Position numbers and translations under genes: made by a program | The notes under the pieces: model-generated | The model's input: the letters and a program-made list of their open reading frames with translations, nothing else | Databases searched by the model: none | What the model was told of the DNA's origin: nothing | NCBI GenBank assembly: GCA_965649765.1 | Contig: OZ287750.1 | Location: 2,852,001-2,916,000, forward strand | DNA length: 64,000 nucleotides | From: Bispira polyomma | Lineage: Eukaryota | Direction: 5' to 3' | In this document: positions 35,766-50,206 of the stretch, piece after piece | How the letters are laid out: the number at the start of each line of letters is the position of its first letter | Position numbering within the stretch: the stretch's first letter is position 1

Positions 35766-36959
35766 AATCCTAAGTTTAAACTACTTTTTCTGTACTAATA
35801 CTTGATGGAGAATAAAGATGAGATTATCATTGGAGAAAGGGGGTACCTATCATATTCACTGGTTACTTCAAATATTCTGTTCCCAATTTTAAAAAACCCT
35901 TGTGACCGTTAAAAGATTACTGTCTTTACCAATGAATAAATAATTAAACTTGTAAAATGTTAAAATATAGCCAATATATAAATTGATAGGTAGGCAACAT
36001 ATGAACAAACATAGGAACTCTTGACAATGCTCGATAATTTGAGATCACAATAACTGATAGGCATTGTGTGAGTTTGTTTTGTAAGAGTTGTCAATTAAAT
36101 TGGACTACATGATGTTTGATCTAGGTCGTGCTTTTTAATTGTGTAAAAAAACTATCAAGTCTACATAAACCCAATAATCAGTGCATTTATTTAAGCCTGA
36201 AAACAGACCTTGTTTTGAGACTACATATTTTACACTGCATATTTTTACAAGTATATAAAGCTTTTCTTTTGACGTATTCAAATTTATCCTTGGATACCAT
36301 TTACATGTTCCTGACAAATACTTTTTCCTTCCACTATATGAGCAAAATTCTATTTCTATTTTCACTCTGCTATTTCACAGCATAGTTTCATATATATAGA
36401 CAACATTGAATTAAATGTATGTATTTTTTTCCTAGTGTAGTATATTGATTCAGTAAACTAAGACTGTGTACCTGAAATGAAACCTGTCACTTTCACCTAA
36501 AGATTTGACTTCATCTAGAAAATAAACAGAGATGATTCATTTACATATATAGAATTTACATATATAGAATGTTGTCTTATCCTTATCCTAATACCGTCTC
36601 CATACTGTATCACAGTTATTCCATCTATGTCTCCTGGATGTCAATAGCATTGGGAGGCCTCTTTTGTTGTTGTTTTTCAGGCAACTGCATACGAACAATG
36701 GAGACAATTGCCAATAAATTATTGCAACACTATTACAATACCATGCAGTTAACTGATTCAGTATACCCACTACTATATTTTTAAAAAATAACTTTCACAG
36801 GTATAGTTAAAAACAAATATTGCATGGGTGCACATAATGCACAGTAGTAGCATTTAATGGTTTGGTGAGATGTTGCTGAATATTATATTGTATTATATAT
36901 TTTTTGAAGTACTTTTTTGATGCCAGGCATTTTCTAAAGCACAACAACAGAATCGGTTA

Positions 36960-37700
36960 ATGTTAATGTTTTAACTTCTATAGCGCCACAATCGATGACC
37001 AGGCATCCTCTGTGGCGCATATCCAAGTAAGTATGCAAGAGCATAGTCCGGTAGACGGAAAAAGGTTCGTGATCAGAGAATCAGTCGTGACCATCAGACG
37101 CAAGCTAGGGTGGAAAAACGAGCTGATACAGATGTGTTTTGAGCCTTTTTCTGAAACCCATAATGCTCGTCTCAGTCCGAAGACTGGTAGGGAGGCTACT
37201 CCACTCAGCAGGTGCTGCAACTAAGAATGATTTTGAACCAGCTTGTTTTTTAGGTAGGAAACCAGAGGTGGAGAGACGATTGCCTCTGGTGAGATTGCTG
37301 AGAGACAGCATAGATGATAAGTAGGCAGGTTGATGTACATGGACTGTCTTAAAAATAAGGACAATTACCTTAAATTTAACTCAATAGGTAATAAGTGTAA
37401 TTGTTTCAGCCGGGGAGTAGTGTGAGTGCGAGGGCCAGCATGGCTTACTATTCTGCACAGGTTATTTTGTATTTTCTGTAGTTTGTTTATTTGTCTCTTT
37501 CCAATTCCATATAGTAGTGAGTTAGAGTAATCTAGTCGACTTGATACCCGGGCATTAGCCACTGCAATGGCATTTTCTTGGATTAAATGTTGTCGAATCC
37601 TGCGAAGGTCACGGATATTGCCGTAGCAGGAACGACAGATATTCGAGACATGTTTTTTTGAAGGAGAAGTCGGAGTCAAAAGTAACTCCTAGGTTAACCA
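36960..37700 (-). mobile_element. L2/CR1 LINE 3' portion
   Basis: 'HVSNICRSCYGNIRDLRRIRQHL..VANARVSSRLDYSNSLL..LQKIQN..LKQLHLLP' and 'GSKSFLVAAPAEWSSLP..FRKRLKTHLY'; 3' 'gcgctatagaa' with an (ATTAAC)n-like tail. Confidence 0.9.
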
Positions 37701-38096
37701 ATTGAGAAGTCACAAAAACAGTGTGCTTATCATTCCAATGTTACTAGAATTTTATTTTATCACACACAAACTTTCTTCTATCATAGGCATATTAGACATT
37801 CAATGACGCTCAGGCCCCAAAGATTAATGATCTATCAATACTACTTTATTATTTTACTGTTTCAACAACTTTCATTGATTACTTTCATGGTTTGTAAACT
37901 TTGTTGTATTAAAGTCATCCTTTTTAATTGTTACTCTCCTAAGTTCCATATAGTTGCCCCTTCCTAGTTGTTAATAGACTATACCTCCAGCCTAAATCAA
38001 TATACAACTGTAACTTTTTGAAAAAAACCTCAATACAAAGCTGGATAAATAACTCTCCTGAAGCAGGATTTTTACTTAACAGAGTAAATTTTGAAC

Positions 38097-38876
38097 TTAA
38101 AGGCATATTTGAGACTATGTATACCTTCTCTACTTACATATGAGTTCGACTTTGGGTTTGGGGCAAACATAGTTTATACTTGTTTTATGTCTCACACCTA
38201 CACGTGCTAATGTCCCACAACGTACCAAGTCAATATAAACTGAAGATGTGGTAGTTTGTGTCAAAGTGACGTCATTTTTATAAAGGTGCAGTCGATTGTG
38301 ACGTTTTGTGACGTTTCATAACGATGTTGGTACTTTTACACACGGAGAGGGAGAAAAAAACTTTACTGGTAGGCTATCACTACCTACTACTACGTAGCGA
38401 TACTGTACTGCTACTTACTTGTGTATTCTGCTGCCTTCTGCTACTAAGTGAAACATTTTTGGACTATAGGAAACGAGTGGAGACGATCTCACTCCTTACT
38501 GCTACTTATTGCTACGTTATGCTATGCTATGCTACGTTATGCTACTTATACAGATGTCCTTCAGAAATGGAGAGCTCTGTGACAATTATTTAAAACAGTT
38601 TGAAATAATCGTGGCAGCAGACCAAACAGAAACGTTTGTTTCCGAAACGACATGATCTGTTAACCAACGTCACGGAACGAACGCACCAGGGATCCTCACT
38701 TTTACCTTCTACTACGTTTGTACTAGGTTTTAAAACAATTGAAAACATCACACACACAGCTCCAGCACGTATAGGTGTGACTGGCATAATTTTGTTATGT
38801 AGGTATTAGGCTCAGCCCAAAATGAAAAGAAATATGAAAATTTTATGAATTTATCATCTCCTTATTTTATCTTTAA
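38097..38876. mobile_element. Possible Kolobok-like non-autonomous DNA transposon
   Basis: Starts TTAA|AGG and ends 'atct|ttaa'; CpG-rich interior with GTGACGT motifs and a (TGCTA)n tract; TIR match is weak. Confidence 0.3.
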
Positions 38877-40304
38877 AATTCGACCAACTGGCAGTCTTCG
38901 GCTACCACATCTTCTCAATGCTTGACCTCAAACATATCAACTTACATGGGTACAACTGACAGCTTGTCTGCTACCAACTCTTGAAAGGACTATACCAATT
39001 AAATCATTTCAGGAACACTCAAATGTTTCCGACAACGATTCATTCTTTATTTCTAGCTGTGAATGATCTTATAATCAATTAAGCAATATATTAGCAACTT
39101 AATTTTATTAGTCTTACCACCCCAGTGTAGTAGTTAGATGTTAAGTGGTGTTGTTTGTAGTTACCTTATTACTATAGGTAGAGAATGTACTTTTTGTCAA
39201 CTACATGGAGTGTATTTCATGGACTATTTCCCAAGTCCTATTTCCACGTGCAGTACATGAACACTAATTAGGAAGAAAAAGTGTCACACTGGGGTTAATG
39301 CTCCCAAAGGCTTTATTTCACCCTTTTATAGAAATGAAACATTGATTCGTCTTTTGTTTCATGATGGGTCTGGTATTTCCATAGACGTGCTGATATTTCC
39401 TTTGATATAGAAATCGCTATCGAAAACACGTTCTTAATTGTTTCTTTTCTATGGTCTTTTCTCTTGAATGTCTTTTAATATTAATCAGTAAACTCACTTT
39501 TGAAGAAAAAAAAAACTAAACCTACTTTCTGAATATAAAAATATTGTAGTGAATATATTCATATACAAAAACCCCCGTTGAAGATTTGTATATATGCCAC
39601 TGGGTCCACACTTAAGTATGGAACTTAATGTGCAGACATTTTTGAGGGGGGAGGGGAAGAAATTGATCAATGCTAAGCCATGGCAACTTCAGTGGAATCA
39701 AATATACTGGAACAGTTACATATCTATATAATCAAATATATCAAGGAACTACTTCATGGCTATTTTCTTTTAGTCACAATTGAGTAGGTGGAAAGAGCTA
39801 AAGTCCCTCCAAAAGGATTGTGGACCCAACTTAATCCCCTGTGCATATATAGTTTGGGTTGTAAATATATTTCAGGTTTTTTTTTTATCATATATCAGAT
39901 ATTATTCCCTTCTTATTGATAAGTGTGTATGTGTGTGTACATGTATGCGTGTTTGTACATATAAATATACATATATATTTAGTATTGATATCTGATTGTC
40001 CGGGGGTGTGAAGTATATTAAGTTACATAGTCCATGTTGTACCATTTAAAGTGACCCCCATTAAATTCAAGTGTTTACTTTTTATAGTAATCCAGAACTT
40101 CTGTGAAGAGAGATGCGTCATTTGGTTTCTGGATATGTGTGTGTGTGTGTGTGTGTGTGGTGGTATAATTTGTTGAGTTGAAAAGCTCAACAGCAAGGAA
40201 TAAATAATAAATATAACATGAAAATGTTCATTTGAGGATATGTAGAATTATTAAAATATAAAAAAAAAAGTTGTTTTTGATGAAAATACGGATATTGTTT
40301 AAAC

Positions 40305-40329
40305 ATGAAGGAGGTTGTGATTAGAATAA
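40305..40329 (+). CDS. Candidate RGS22 first coding exon (MKEVVIRI+A)
   Basis: aaacATG context, 25 nt, donor A|gtaagt in phase 1 matching the 42352 acceptor; gives an N-terminus the same length as the human one as recalled. An alternative candidate is 34126-34144 (MEKCLP+G|gtaaga). Confidence 0.4.
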
Positions 40330-41091
40330 GTAAGTATATAATATGCTTAATATAGGATATATATAATATAGTTTAAAGACCTATCTGTTCAATGATGCAT
40401 TCCCTCCATAGTCTCTTTCCCATTCTCGGACGCATTGATAATGACTTCATTCTGTCTATCACCTATGTTTTTCGACTCTGGCTGTGGTTTTTTTGCACCT
40501 TAAAATTCGTTACAACGAAAATAAGAGCTAAAAAAGTTTGATATATTATTATTAATATAGGTTAATTCATTATTTAATTTTTAGTTTTTACAATATATGG
40601 TGTTCATAATAACTTGTTTTAATGAATGAAAAAGTACATGATTTTGGTAGATTTGTAAAGTTGACAGATAAACTAAATGTTGGGAATAATTTCCAGATTT
40701 GTTTTAAATAGATGTGAGACAATTATTGCTCAAACCTGTTCTATTGTAATTGACAGTTTTACTTTATATTGGACATATTTCTATACAGTTGCATCCCAAC
40801 CATAGTAGGTTCCTCTACTAAGCAGGTTTTCCACTTAATAGGGTAGATGTTAAAAAGAGAAGGCTAGCATTTGCCTTTATTTCCTTTAAAATCTGCCATG
40901 TTATGTGGAAATCCTGCTTCAGAAGAGATAATTCGAGGTTCGACTGAACAGGGTTCAACTGTAGTTTGGCTATAGGCTTTACTTCTTTAATTCTTTCATT
41001 CTTTAGCTAGAATTCTCTTAAGTCGACTTTTTTTTTATCAGGAGAAAAATTTGCAGTCCCACAAAAGCATTAATACTCTCTTCAAATCCTG

Positions 41092-41282
41092 GGGCCGTAT
41101 TCACAAATGGTCTAAAGCTTAGCTTACCATGTTATGTCTAAATTAATTAAAACTGCCTACTGTTAGTCTTAGTGTTTGGGGGAAAGTTAACACTAACCAG
41201 AGATCTTTTGTTACTGTCGCTGGGTTAAAAATCCAAGTCTTAAGGCTAAGTTAAGCCTAAGACCGTTTGTGAATTCGCCCCC
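41092..41282. mobile_element. Harbinger-type MITE
   Basis: CTG|gggccgtattcacaaatggtct ... agaccgtttgtgaattcgccccc|CTG. Confidence 0.78.
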
Positions 41283-41920
41283 CTGGCCCCTTCAGGTTTG
41301 ATTTAAAGTGTATATCAAATGTAGACGTAGCATGTAGATACAGTAGAACCCCACCTCTCCCTACTTTCTAAACGTGTTGGGAGAACAATATTTTGTTTGG
41401 ATAATAGAATGTTCATAAAATAGAAGAGGTATATCTGTATTAAACAATAAGAAAACATTAATTTGGGAGAATGGAACTGAGTTTGTAAATTTTAATATTC
41501 ATATAATAAAAGTTTGGAACACTAAATTTGCTTGTCATTATACTGAAATTCTAGTTACCACTAGTTTTACTTGAAGAAATCTACTGGTTTTACTAAAAGA
41601 GAGTCTTTACTGTAACCTAGTGGGTAACACACTCGCTTAGGAATGCAGAGGACCTGGGTTTGCTCCTAGCCTGGACTGACCAAGTACAGGCAGATACAGA
41701 GTGGCACGAATGACCACTTAAAATTGTCTGGTCCCCAGTGACAGGTTAAAGTGCCTTGATGGCTTTGATAAATGGTGTCATTAAGACTCTCTCTTTGGTT
41801 AGGGGAATGACAGGTAATGGTGCTGATTGGCTGAACTTGGACGGATAAGAAAAGGTTTAGTAACACTTTGAATACCAGATAAAGACAGATGAATGTGCTG
41901 AGTATAAATTTTGCAATACT

Positions 41921-42275
41921 GTGGTCTAGTCTCCGTGGTTTAGCCGGTAGAATGTTCAACTATGAATCAGAGGCTCCCAGAGGGTCCCAGGTTCGATCCT
42001 CGCTGCAGGCCTGGAGCTGGTACCCTTGGATGGGGTACTTCAAACAATGTTGACTCTCTCCACCCAGGAGTATAAATGGTTACCCAGCTTCTAATGGGTG
42101 TTAGTCTCTGCGTCGTATGTGGCAGCACGTCTATTATGCTTCCTGAGGGAGCTGCGTCGTATGTGGCAGCACGTCAAGTATGCTTCCTGAGAAAGCTCAG
42201 ACTGAACAATTTGTTTACAAGTAGAAGAACCAAGGCTGGTACAGTGTTTTGAAAGAAAGTGCTATATAAATGCCA
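41921..42275 (+). mobile_element. tRNA-derived SINE family A (CORE-like)
   Basis: A box 'tggtttagccgg', B box 'ggttcgatcc', 'gtacccttgg...ctctctccacccaggagtataaatggttaccc'; internal 43-bp duplication; 3' 'aagtgctatataaatg'. Confidence 0.8.
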
Positions 42276-42351
42276 AAAATTTACAATTTTTTACATTTAC
42301 AATACAATCGGTATAATATACACATAATGAATATTCATTTCTGTCTTTCAG

Positions 42352-42380
42352 TTCCTGCTGATGTCATTCCTGACGACTTT
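42352..42380 (+). CDS. RGS22: RGS22, 29-nt micro-exon (xPADVIPDDF)
   Basis: Strong acceptor tgtctttcag| and donor TTT|gtgagt; joins in phase 0 to EDLLATD, paralleling human 'PPTITEEEF-EDSLATD'. Confidence 0.75.
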
Positions 42381-42659
42381 GTGAGTACCCGTTTCTATAA
42401 TACTAATCTAGTGACAATATGATATGTAATATGAAATTTGGCAAAACCTTAACAGCATAACTTAATGCAGACATAATTAATTCTACTAAACATAAAATTG
42501 GTAAAATGTTTTATTTTGGTGATATCTACAAACTTTGAGATAAAATAGGTGATATGTTCTTAATACTAAAAGATAGTTCAGGTGTCAAATTTTATATATA
42601 TATTCTTTCTGTTTTAAGGCAATTTGTGTGTGGATAAATCTTTAACTTATGTTGTAAAA

Positions 42660-42865
42660 TGACAACCAGGTTATCTATTTAATCTCCAGCATACAAATAT
42701 AGTGACAACCAGGTTATCTATTTAATCTCCGGCATACAAATATAGTGACAACCAGGTTTTGTATTTAACCTCCGGCATACAAATATAGTGACAACCAGGT
42801 TTTGTATTTAACCTCCGGCATACAAATATAGTGACAACCAGGTTTTGTATTTAACCTCCAGCATA
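42660..42865. repeat. Tandem repeat, 43-bp unit x ~4.7
   Basis: Repeats of 'gtgacaaccaggtt.t.tatttaa.ctcc.gcatacaaatata'. Confidence 0.93.
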
Positions 42866-42989
42866 AGCTAATTAGCATTCTTACAAGAGTGATTTTGTAT
42901 CAGAAATATGAATCAAGATCACTATTGTTCAATATTGCATTGATTACTGGTTTTATATTCATGACACACCCAAGGAAAGACAACTGTTT

Positions 42990-43500
42990 ATACAAAGGTA
43001 AGATAATACAACTCGGGGTTTACCAGGGTCAATAAGGGTTAATGTGGATCGTATGACTTTGAGGCGGCGAGGGTCAATCAAGGCTGTTCTGGATCAATCA
43101 CTAGCGTTTCAACCTTCTGATAGATCCACGAGAAGTTTTAAAAACTCAGCCTTTTGGTCAGGCTTTTCACGATGGTTTCGATCACGCATCTCCAGCGAGG
43201 GCAAGTTAGGTTTGTTAGTTATGGTTTTATATTCATTACACACTCAATGAAAGAAAACTTTTTGTACAAAGGTGAGGGAATGCAACTCGGGGTTTACCAG
43301 GGTCAATAAGGGTTAATGTGAATTGTATGACTTTGAGTCGGCAAGGGTCAATCGAGGTGGTTCTGGGTCAATCACTAGCGTTTCAGCCTTCTGATAGATC
43401 CACGAGAAGTTTTGAAAACTCAGCCTCTTGGTCAGGCATTTCACGATGGTTTTGATCACGCATCTCCAGCGAGGGCCAGTTAGGTTTGTTAGTTATGGTT
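42990..43500 (+). repeat. ~275-bp tandem duplication
   Basis: 'caactcggggtttaccagggtcaataagggttaatgtg...gtttgttagttatggtt' at ~43009 and ~43283. Confidence 0.9.
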
Positions 43501-46500
43501 TGTCAGGGTTTTAGCACTGTGGTATACCAGGATTTTGAACTGTGAAGGGGATTGGGGGGGGGGGGGGGGGGGGGAGTAAACGTTTTTTTGCATTCAAATA
43601 ATCTAAATCTATTCAGTAGTTTTGTCAAAGCTGTTGTGTATCTTTTCGCAGTAGAACCTCTATTATCAAACATCTATTATCCTAATATACAATTTTAGGA
43701 ACTTATTTTAACTCTCCCAAATATTTTGTTTTCCTATTACTAAATATTAAACTGACTGCTAATATATGAATCTTCTATTATCCAAACAATATCTTGCTCT
43801 CCGAACACAGTCAAATACTAGAGATTTATAAATGTAAGAATAAAAATACATCTTATGCTGAATTTTTTCTCCGGTACCAATGTTCCGGTAAATAAAAACA
43901 GTGTAGAAATATTTAATCAGCAGAGCTTTATAATTCTTGGAATCTCTGCTTTGTTAAAGGTACAGATAGAATAACAACATTATCATGGCATTTTGTGTGA
44001 TAAATTGATTATCAGGATGGCCTTGCGTTGAAGAGATTTAATGGGTTTCTCCACCACCTAAGACAACAAGTGCTTGTTTGTATTTGTGGGCTCTTCTCTT
44101 TACTTTGTCATTTCTCCTATCTTCTTGCTAGCCTTGCTTAAGGCTCGTTTTTTTTAAATATATTTTTTTTTAATTTTTAAAAATTTTACAAAAATAAAAA
44201 TCAACAAGGACAACTGACATAGTACAGCCTGATTATCTTTTCGTTATTAATTAAATAACTCTAACTGTACGCTTGAATAATATAATGTGCTCTTATATTC
44301 GTCAATTTTTGTTACTACAATAAAACCTCTATCAGCCAGACTTCTATTATCCGAATACTCAATTTTATGAACTTTCTATTTTGTGACCAGAATATTGATC
44401 TTTTAAAAGGTTTGGGTAATAGAGGTTTTACTGTACTTAAAGAGTTGTATCTAAATGTATGTCTGAATAACATAATGCACTCTTATATTTTTCTGGTTTG
44501 GTAAGATCTTCCATATACACTGTAGTTGTATGAGTCCATTATGCTTATAAAATGTGTGTACACAGGTTAACACAAAGTGGGCAACTGGTTAGACTCCTTC
44601 TAATGCCACTGGACTCATTGGTGGATTAACATCCTTGGGCAAGATGTGATTGGTTGATCGATTTGGTTGTTGCACTTTAGAAGATGACTCGTATCAATAA
44701 AGGGCATTAAACATATGAAATACAATATTTGTACATTAAGTTAAGCTGTCTCACAAACTTTGTAAATTAAGTTAAGCTGCTTGACAAACTTTGTAAATAG
44801 GGTTAAGCTGCCTGACAAACATTGCAAATTAAGTAGCCCAAACAAGGTTACTATCTGAGAGCAGCAATAATCCCTGATCAAGGTGATCCTATTCATGACA
44901 GTTTGTCCCATTCAGATGTACACTTAACTTGATGCTTGCACCCACCAGATAGATGGATTTATCGTGCAGATAATTGGAGTAATGGATCAAAATTCAGCCA
45001 CATATGTACATCTTACCAAGCGATAAAACCTGACAGTAAAAAAATGTAAAAATTAAAAGGCCATTTAAAATAAAGCTTTTGTTACCTCATTTTATGACCA
45101 TAGAGTACTGTATTGCAGAAATTTTACTGAACGTTTTATAGATGTAAGAGATGTGGCACATTTTACAGTCTTCTTTCTATACACATCATTCCTTGCAAAC
45201 CGAACTATGAGAGAATATTGTATATGCTTGTAAAACACTACAAGCTCAATCAAATTGGTAAGAATACCCTCTTGATGTCACTTCACAGCCAAGTCTAAAG
45301 AAGTCTATATGAACGACCTTGTTTAAATAAAAAAAAATATTGAGATGTAAATCATTGAAATGCTTAATTCTAGAATTCTGTGAGCTTAAAGAAATCAATT
45401 TTGGTTATGCTCGGTTGCAAACGCTTGATGGTTGAGCAAAATGTGAAACCCCTGGAAGCCTGATTGGTTAATGCGCTGATATATACAGTGATTTTACATG
45501 CCTCTACTCCATGAAGACCTGTAGTCAGGTCTTATACTACTACATCGTGATTCTACTATGCAATTCAAATGTTTTGCAATCGCTTTGCTGAGAGGGGGAA
45601 TCTTGAGGCATCTCTAGCATGCGAAGTTTAGAAAGAAACTGGCTTCTGTTGGGATTGCAACTGTGGTTCTTGTAGATCTTAATATTAATCGTCACACACT
45701 TGACAGTGGAGCTAAAGGGAAAACCCCCGGAAGCCTGATTGTTTAAAGCACTGATTCTGGTGTAGATAATAAATCTATAACCCTTTCGACCTCCCTGTTA
45801 TCGTCAAATAGTCAACAGCATTTGTTACTCCCAGAACCCTATATCTGTCATCAAGCCGTCAACACCCTAATAATATTTATTATTTTCCTTCAATTTCTTG
45901 CCTTAAGAAATTTTTAGTATAGCAGAATTCCCTGTTTTACAAATTTTATGTGAGGTTGTTATTGAATGCCAGACGTAGTTTGTGATATGTGTTTTAAGTG
46001 ACTCCACCTATTGTAACCTATTTCCTCCCAAATTTCCTTTAGTTTTCTGCAACAATTTTCTCTTGGGTTTGAAAGCCTCCACAGAATGGCATGTAAATAG
46101 ATTTAGTAATTTCTCTGTAATCCTGGTGACAAACAAACTAACCAAGCTGTGGATACAGGTGAAAACATAACCTCTTTGGTGGAGGTAATAAGGCTGTAAC
46201 ATCTTTGCAAAAGGCATACTAGTGTTTATGTGAAATGTACACAAGAATAGCCTTTAAAAAGGCAGGTTTGAAGGAGGTGAAGGCCACCTTATGTAAGACT
46301 ATTATAGCCATTTTAATTGTTATCTATTGTAAATTTTATCAACGCTCAGTTAATATTCCATGAAATTGGTCAATCTTGGACATGTCATATAACATGGCGG
46401 CACCCAGGTAACACTCACATTAGAGTGTTCTGACCAAAGCAAAACTGTTGATTTAATCACTTGGTTGTGGACGTTATGGTTTTGGGGAAATTCCAAATTC

Positions 46501-47332
46501 CATAATTAGGTTAGCTATGATGCGTTACAGGACACGAGGTTACAACCCAGAAGTAAACGAGGTGTGTTAGCTTTATTAGTGTAAAATATGAAAGTTGTAA
46601 GTTTATTAATTCTTAAATTTCTCTTGTGAAATAAACTTCTAACTTTGTATCTTATAGCAGACAAATATATTAACAAAAAATATAAGGAAACTATCAAATT
46701 AACAATGATAAAACAAGATATACCTTTTATGAATATTATCTATAAATCTACACCCCCGAAATGGTTTTATTTTACACATGGCCGCGCCCAGCTAACCCCA
46801 TAAGTTAAAGGTTTCTGACCAAAAAATACTGATATGAAAAGGATGGAGTAGTATGTAAATATGATTTCGGTTATGGCTCTTCTTGGTGGCCATAAGGTCT
46901 TCTGGGAAATATGAATTGTAATAAAGATACAACCTCATCGGAGATAAGTACCATTGAAAAGGTACCAGGATATAATTTCAGTGTAAAACAAAGGAAAAAA
47001 ATACCAGAAAATGCATGTGATTAAGAAGGGCATTTAAGACATTTTTAAAAGCCTTCATTTTATAAGTGCTATCAGTAAGAAATTCTGGAATGAAATCAGA
47101 CCACAGGAGGGAATGTTACTGTGTCTCCTTGCATATCTGAAGTTTTATTAACTGAATAATTACTTACATATCATATTTTATACCTGAATAAATAATGGGT
47201 CATTTTATGGGTCATTTCCACTCTTTCAAAGTTTTGAACTGACTTGCTCTCTAAGCCTCTGCTTCCATGTATACGTATCAAATGTATATCGTGGCCAGCA
47301 TCAACTGATTTTTTATTGTCCCATACTTAGAG

Positions 47333-48001
47333 TTTAATCTAATCTAATCGATTCCGTAATGGAGCTTAACCTCCGTACAAGTTGATTCTATTAAGGTGCA
47401 GCAACCAAAATCATTGTTCAGTAGCCATATTGTGGTAGACAAAAAAAAAGGGTTATTACCATAGAGGGAGTCGGTGATGGTAAGACCGTGTCAGGTGGGA
47501 TAAGCTTTTTGATTGACATAGAGGGCTTGAGCTTGCTTCTGAAGGTTAAAAGAGAAGGTGAGCATCTAATATCTTGTGGCAGGTCATTCCATAACTTGGG
47601 TGCACCGTATGAAAAACTATGATGGAAGTAAACTTTTGATTTGTGTGTGTGGCGTCCAAAGGTAAGAACATTGAGAAACAATTTGTTAGGATTACCACGA
47701 CAGGTATCTATTTACTGAGAGTGAAGGCTGCGATTTGGTATTTGTATTTGGAGTTCTGTATTGAAGAGACTTGTAGACCAGTCTGGCAGTTTTGAATATA
47801 CATCAAAATTTAACAGGAAGCCAGTGTAAATCATTTAGAACAGGAGATATGTGGGAACACTTTGAGGTATTAGTGATGATATGAGCTAGAGTATTCTGTT
47901 TTTCCTGAAGGTGAGACATGTCCTCGGTAAACAAATGGCTTAGCCATGAATTATTACAGTAGTCAATGTGACTACTCACAAGTGCATTAGCCAACAACAC
48001 T
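47333..48001 (-). mobile_element. L2 LINE 3' portion, close relative of the 15950-19354 element
   Basis: 'LANALVSSHIDYCNN..HISPVLNDLHWLPVKF..FKTARLVYK', 'HKSKVYFHHSFSYGAPKLWNDLP..FRSKLK' and an (AGATT)n tail. Confidence 0.9.
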
Positions 48002-49369
48002 GCTGTTTATTTCACAAAGAAAGAATTTTTTTAACATACAATTCCACAGGGTACCCTTTTATATCACTACAAGCATGCTAACTATTGATGATAATCAGGC
48101 TCTTTTCAAATTCTATAAGGTAAAAATTTCAGTTTTCTTGTTGTACAAAAAATACACTTGTACACAGGGCGACACAATATAGTTTGGCACATAATATGGG
48201 TCGATTTAACACAAAATGACAGCAATATCAAGACACAAAGCCAAACTATGTAACAAGCTATTACTATATTACTATTTTTATATCTAACTGAACTCAATAC
48301 CGGACAAATACACCTTTTATATCTAGATATTTATCTATAAAGCGCATACGTTCATAGAATTCCTGAGGAAAACCACAATAATGATGTCATACTTTATTAT
48401 GAGCATTAAAGCTTATTTTTATTTGGCACTTTGAAAAGTCAATATTCTTTTTTTTTTCTAAGAACAAATGTGAAATTAATGGTCCATGTGACAGAAACTT
48501 AGTATCTATAAATTAATATTAATATCAACCCATATATTGTGTGAAATTAGGAAAGTGTCTAAAATAAACATATATTGATCTCCAACTAACAATTTATTGC
48601 GATAGTTTTTAGTTTCTGTGTCACATCTTGTATGCTTAAAAACCTACTTTGGCTGTGGCTAAAATATTGACAAAAACCCTCCAAAAATCAACCGATATTG
48701 TGTCACCCTGTGTACTAAATACAGTGCAATGTAAAGTCTGACATGAAGTGATCACATGAATTGTGAGTTTCTAATTTTTATAAGCCCTTTGAACTGTCGA
48801 TATAGTATCCAATAGTTGATTTTATTTCCTTAACATGCTAAATGTAATAAATGTGTCTCAGCTGTTTAATGGTACTAAGAAAACAAAACCCATTGTAAAA
48901 TGACTAAAGAATGCAAAAAACAAACACTTGTACATCGATTGATTTCAGAGACCCTTATCTGGAAATAAATCTGCCATTACCGATAATAAAGTGTCACTTG
49001 AAAATTGCTGTTATTACCTTAAGTACAACTCGTTAGACTATAAAAGTGTACTTCTTGTTGTTTTTGTGCTGTAAGAACTGTTATAAATGTGGTATTACTA
49101 AGCTGCCCTGCTGTACCTTGTAAATCTACTTGTAGTTGATAAAATCAGCATCTTAAATCACCAGTGTATTTTAGACAAATTACCACAGTAAACATTTCCA
49201 CAAATACTTCCTCATTCAGTATTATCAATCGGCTTTCTGTAAGTTTGGGAGATATTTGAAACATTTGCTTTCTTTTCGTAAATGTAGGTTTATATAGTTT
49301 GATATCACCCCCTGATGAGGTCTCATTCGACTTCACAATTTACACCCCCAACTTACAGCATGGGTTCTT

Positions 49370-49600
49370 TGTAAAAAGAATTGTTCACTCTCAGCTCCCT
49401 CAGGAAGCATAAAAGCACTGCTGCCACATATGGCACAGAGGCTATAACACCGATTAGTGGGCCAGGTACCCATTTATACACCCGGGTGGAGAGGAGCAAT
49501 TTTGTGTAAAGTACCTTGTCTAAGTGTACAATCTACAGGCCAGCAGCAAGGATCAAACCTGGGATCCTCTGATCAAAAGTCTAACACTTTAACCAGAGAT
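49370..49600 (-). mobile_element. SINE family A
   Basis: 'tctcagctccctcaggaagcat..gctgccacata', 'ggtacccatttatacacccgggtggagag', 'ggatcaaacctgg..ctaacactttaacca'. Confidence 0.75.
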
Positions 49601-50206
49601 CACAAATTTTATTTTTCAGCAAATGCTTTCACACTTAATTAACCCTTTTGCCCCCTAAGAAAAAACTATCACTGATAACTGAAGGAAATTTTTTCAGTAA
49701 TAACTTACAGTTAGCTTGAGTTACTAAAACACACACCGCAGACTACTTCGAGCATTTGATAATGACCTCACATATAACTTTTTTGAAAAGGGATGTCTGC
49801 TGTACTGACAATATCGTATTTCGAGGAATTGAATGAAAATAAAATAATATTTTTGGGGTTTTGACTGCTTTCCGACAGACATTGGTTCTGGGAGTAACAA
49901 ATGCTGTTGTCTGCTATTCGACAACCTGGGGGTCGAAAGGGTTAATTTAAATGAAACCTGTTTGCGTAGAACTCAGTTAAGTCAATCTCTCACTTATTTA
50001 GAATTAAATTATTGTCCCACTGTGACATTTTCTGTCAAAATCTACTCCATCAGATGGAAATCATGCTTTAGTGATAGAAGCATTTTTGTTTTGGTGACCT
50101 GAGATGCTACTTAAAGAGATTTAATTGTATTTAATTAACCTTATTAATTTACTTGTATATAACTATTCTACACTTGGGCAAATCTGTCACATTTCATTAA
50201 AATCTC

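Noticed and set aside
38267-38284. TGACGTCA + TATAAA as an RGS22 promoter (CRE motifs also at 2850 and 15260)
   Set aside because: Short motifs with no TSS evidence; the 38267 site lies in a probable DNA-transposon remnant.
41921-42010. tRNA genes (also ~50476 and ~27930)
   Set aside because: A and B boxes are present but there is no intact cloverleaf, and they run into SINE bodies.
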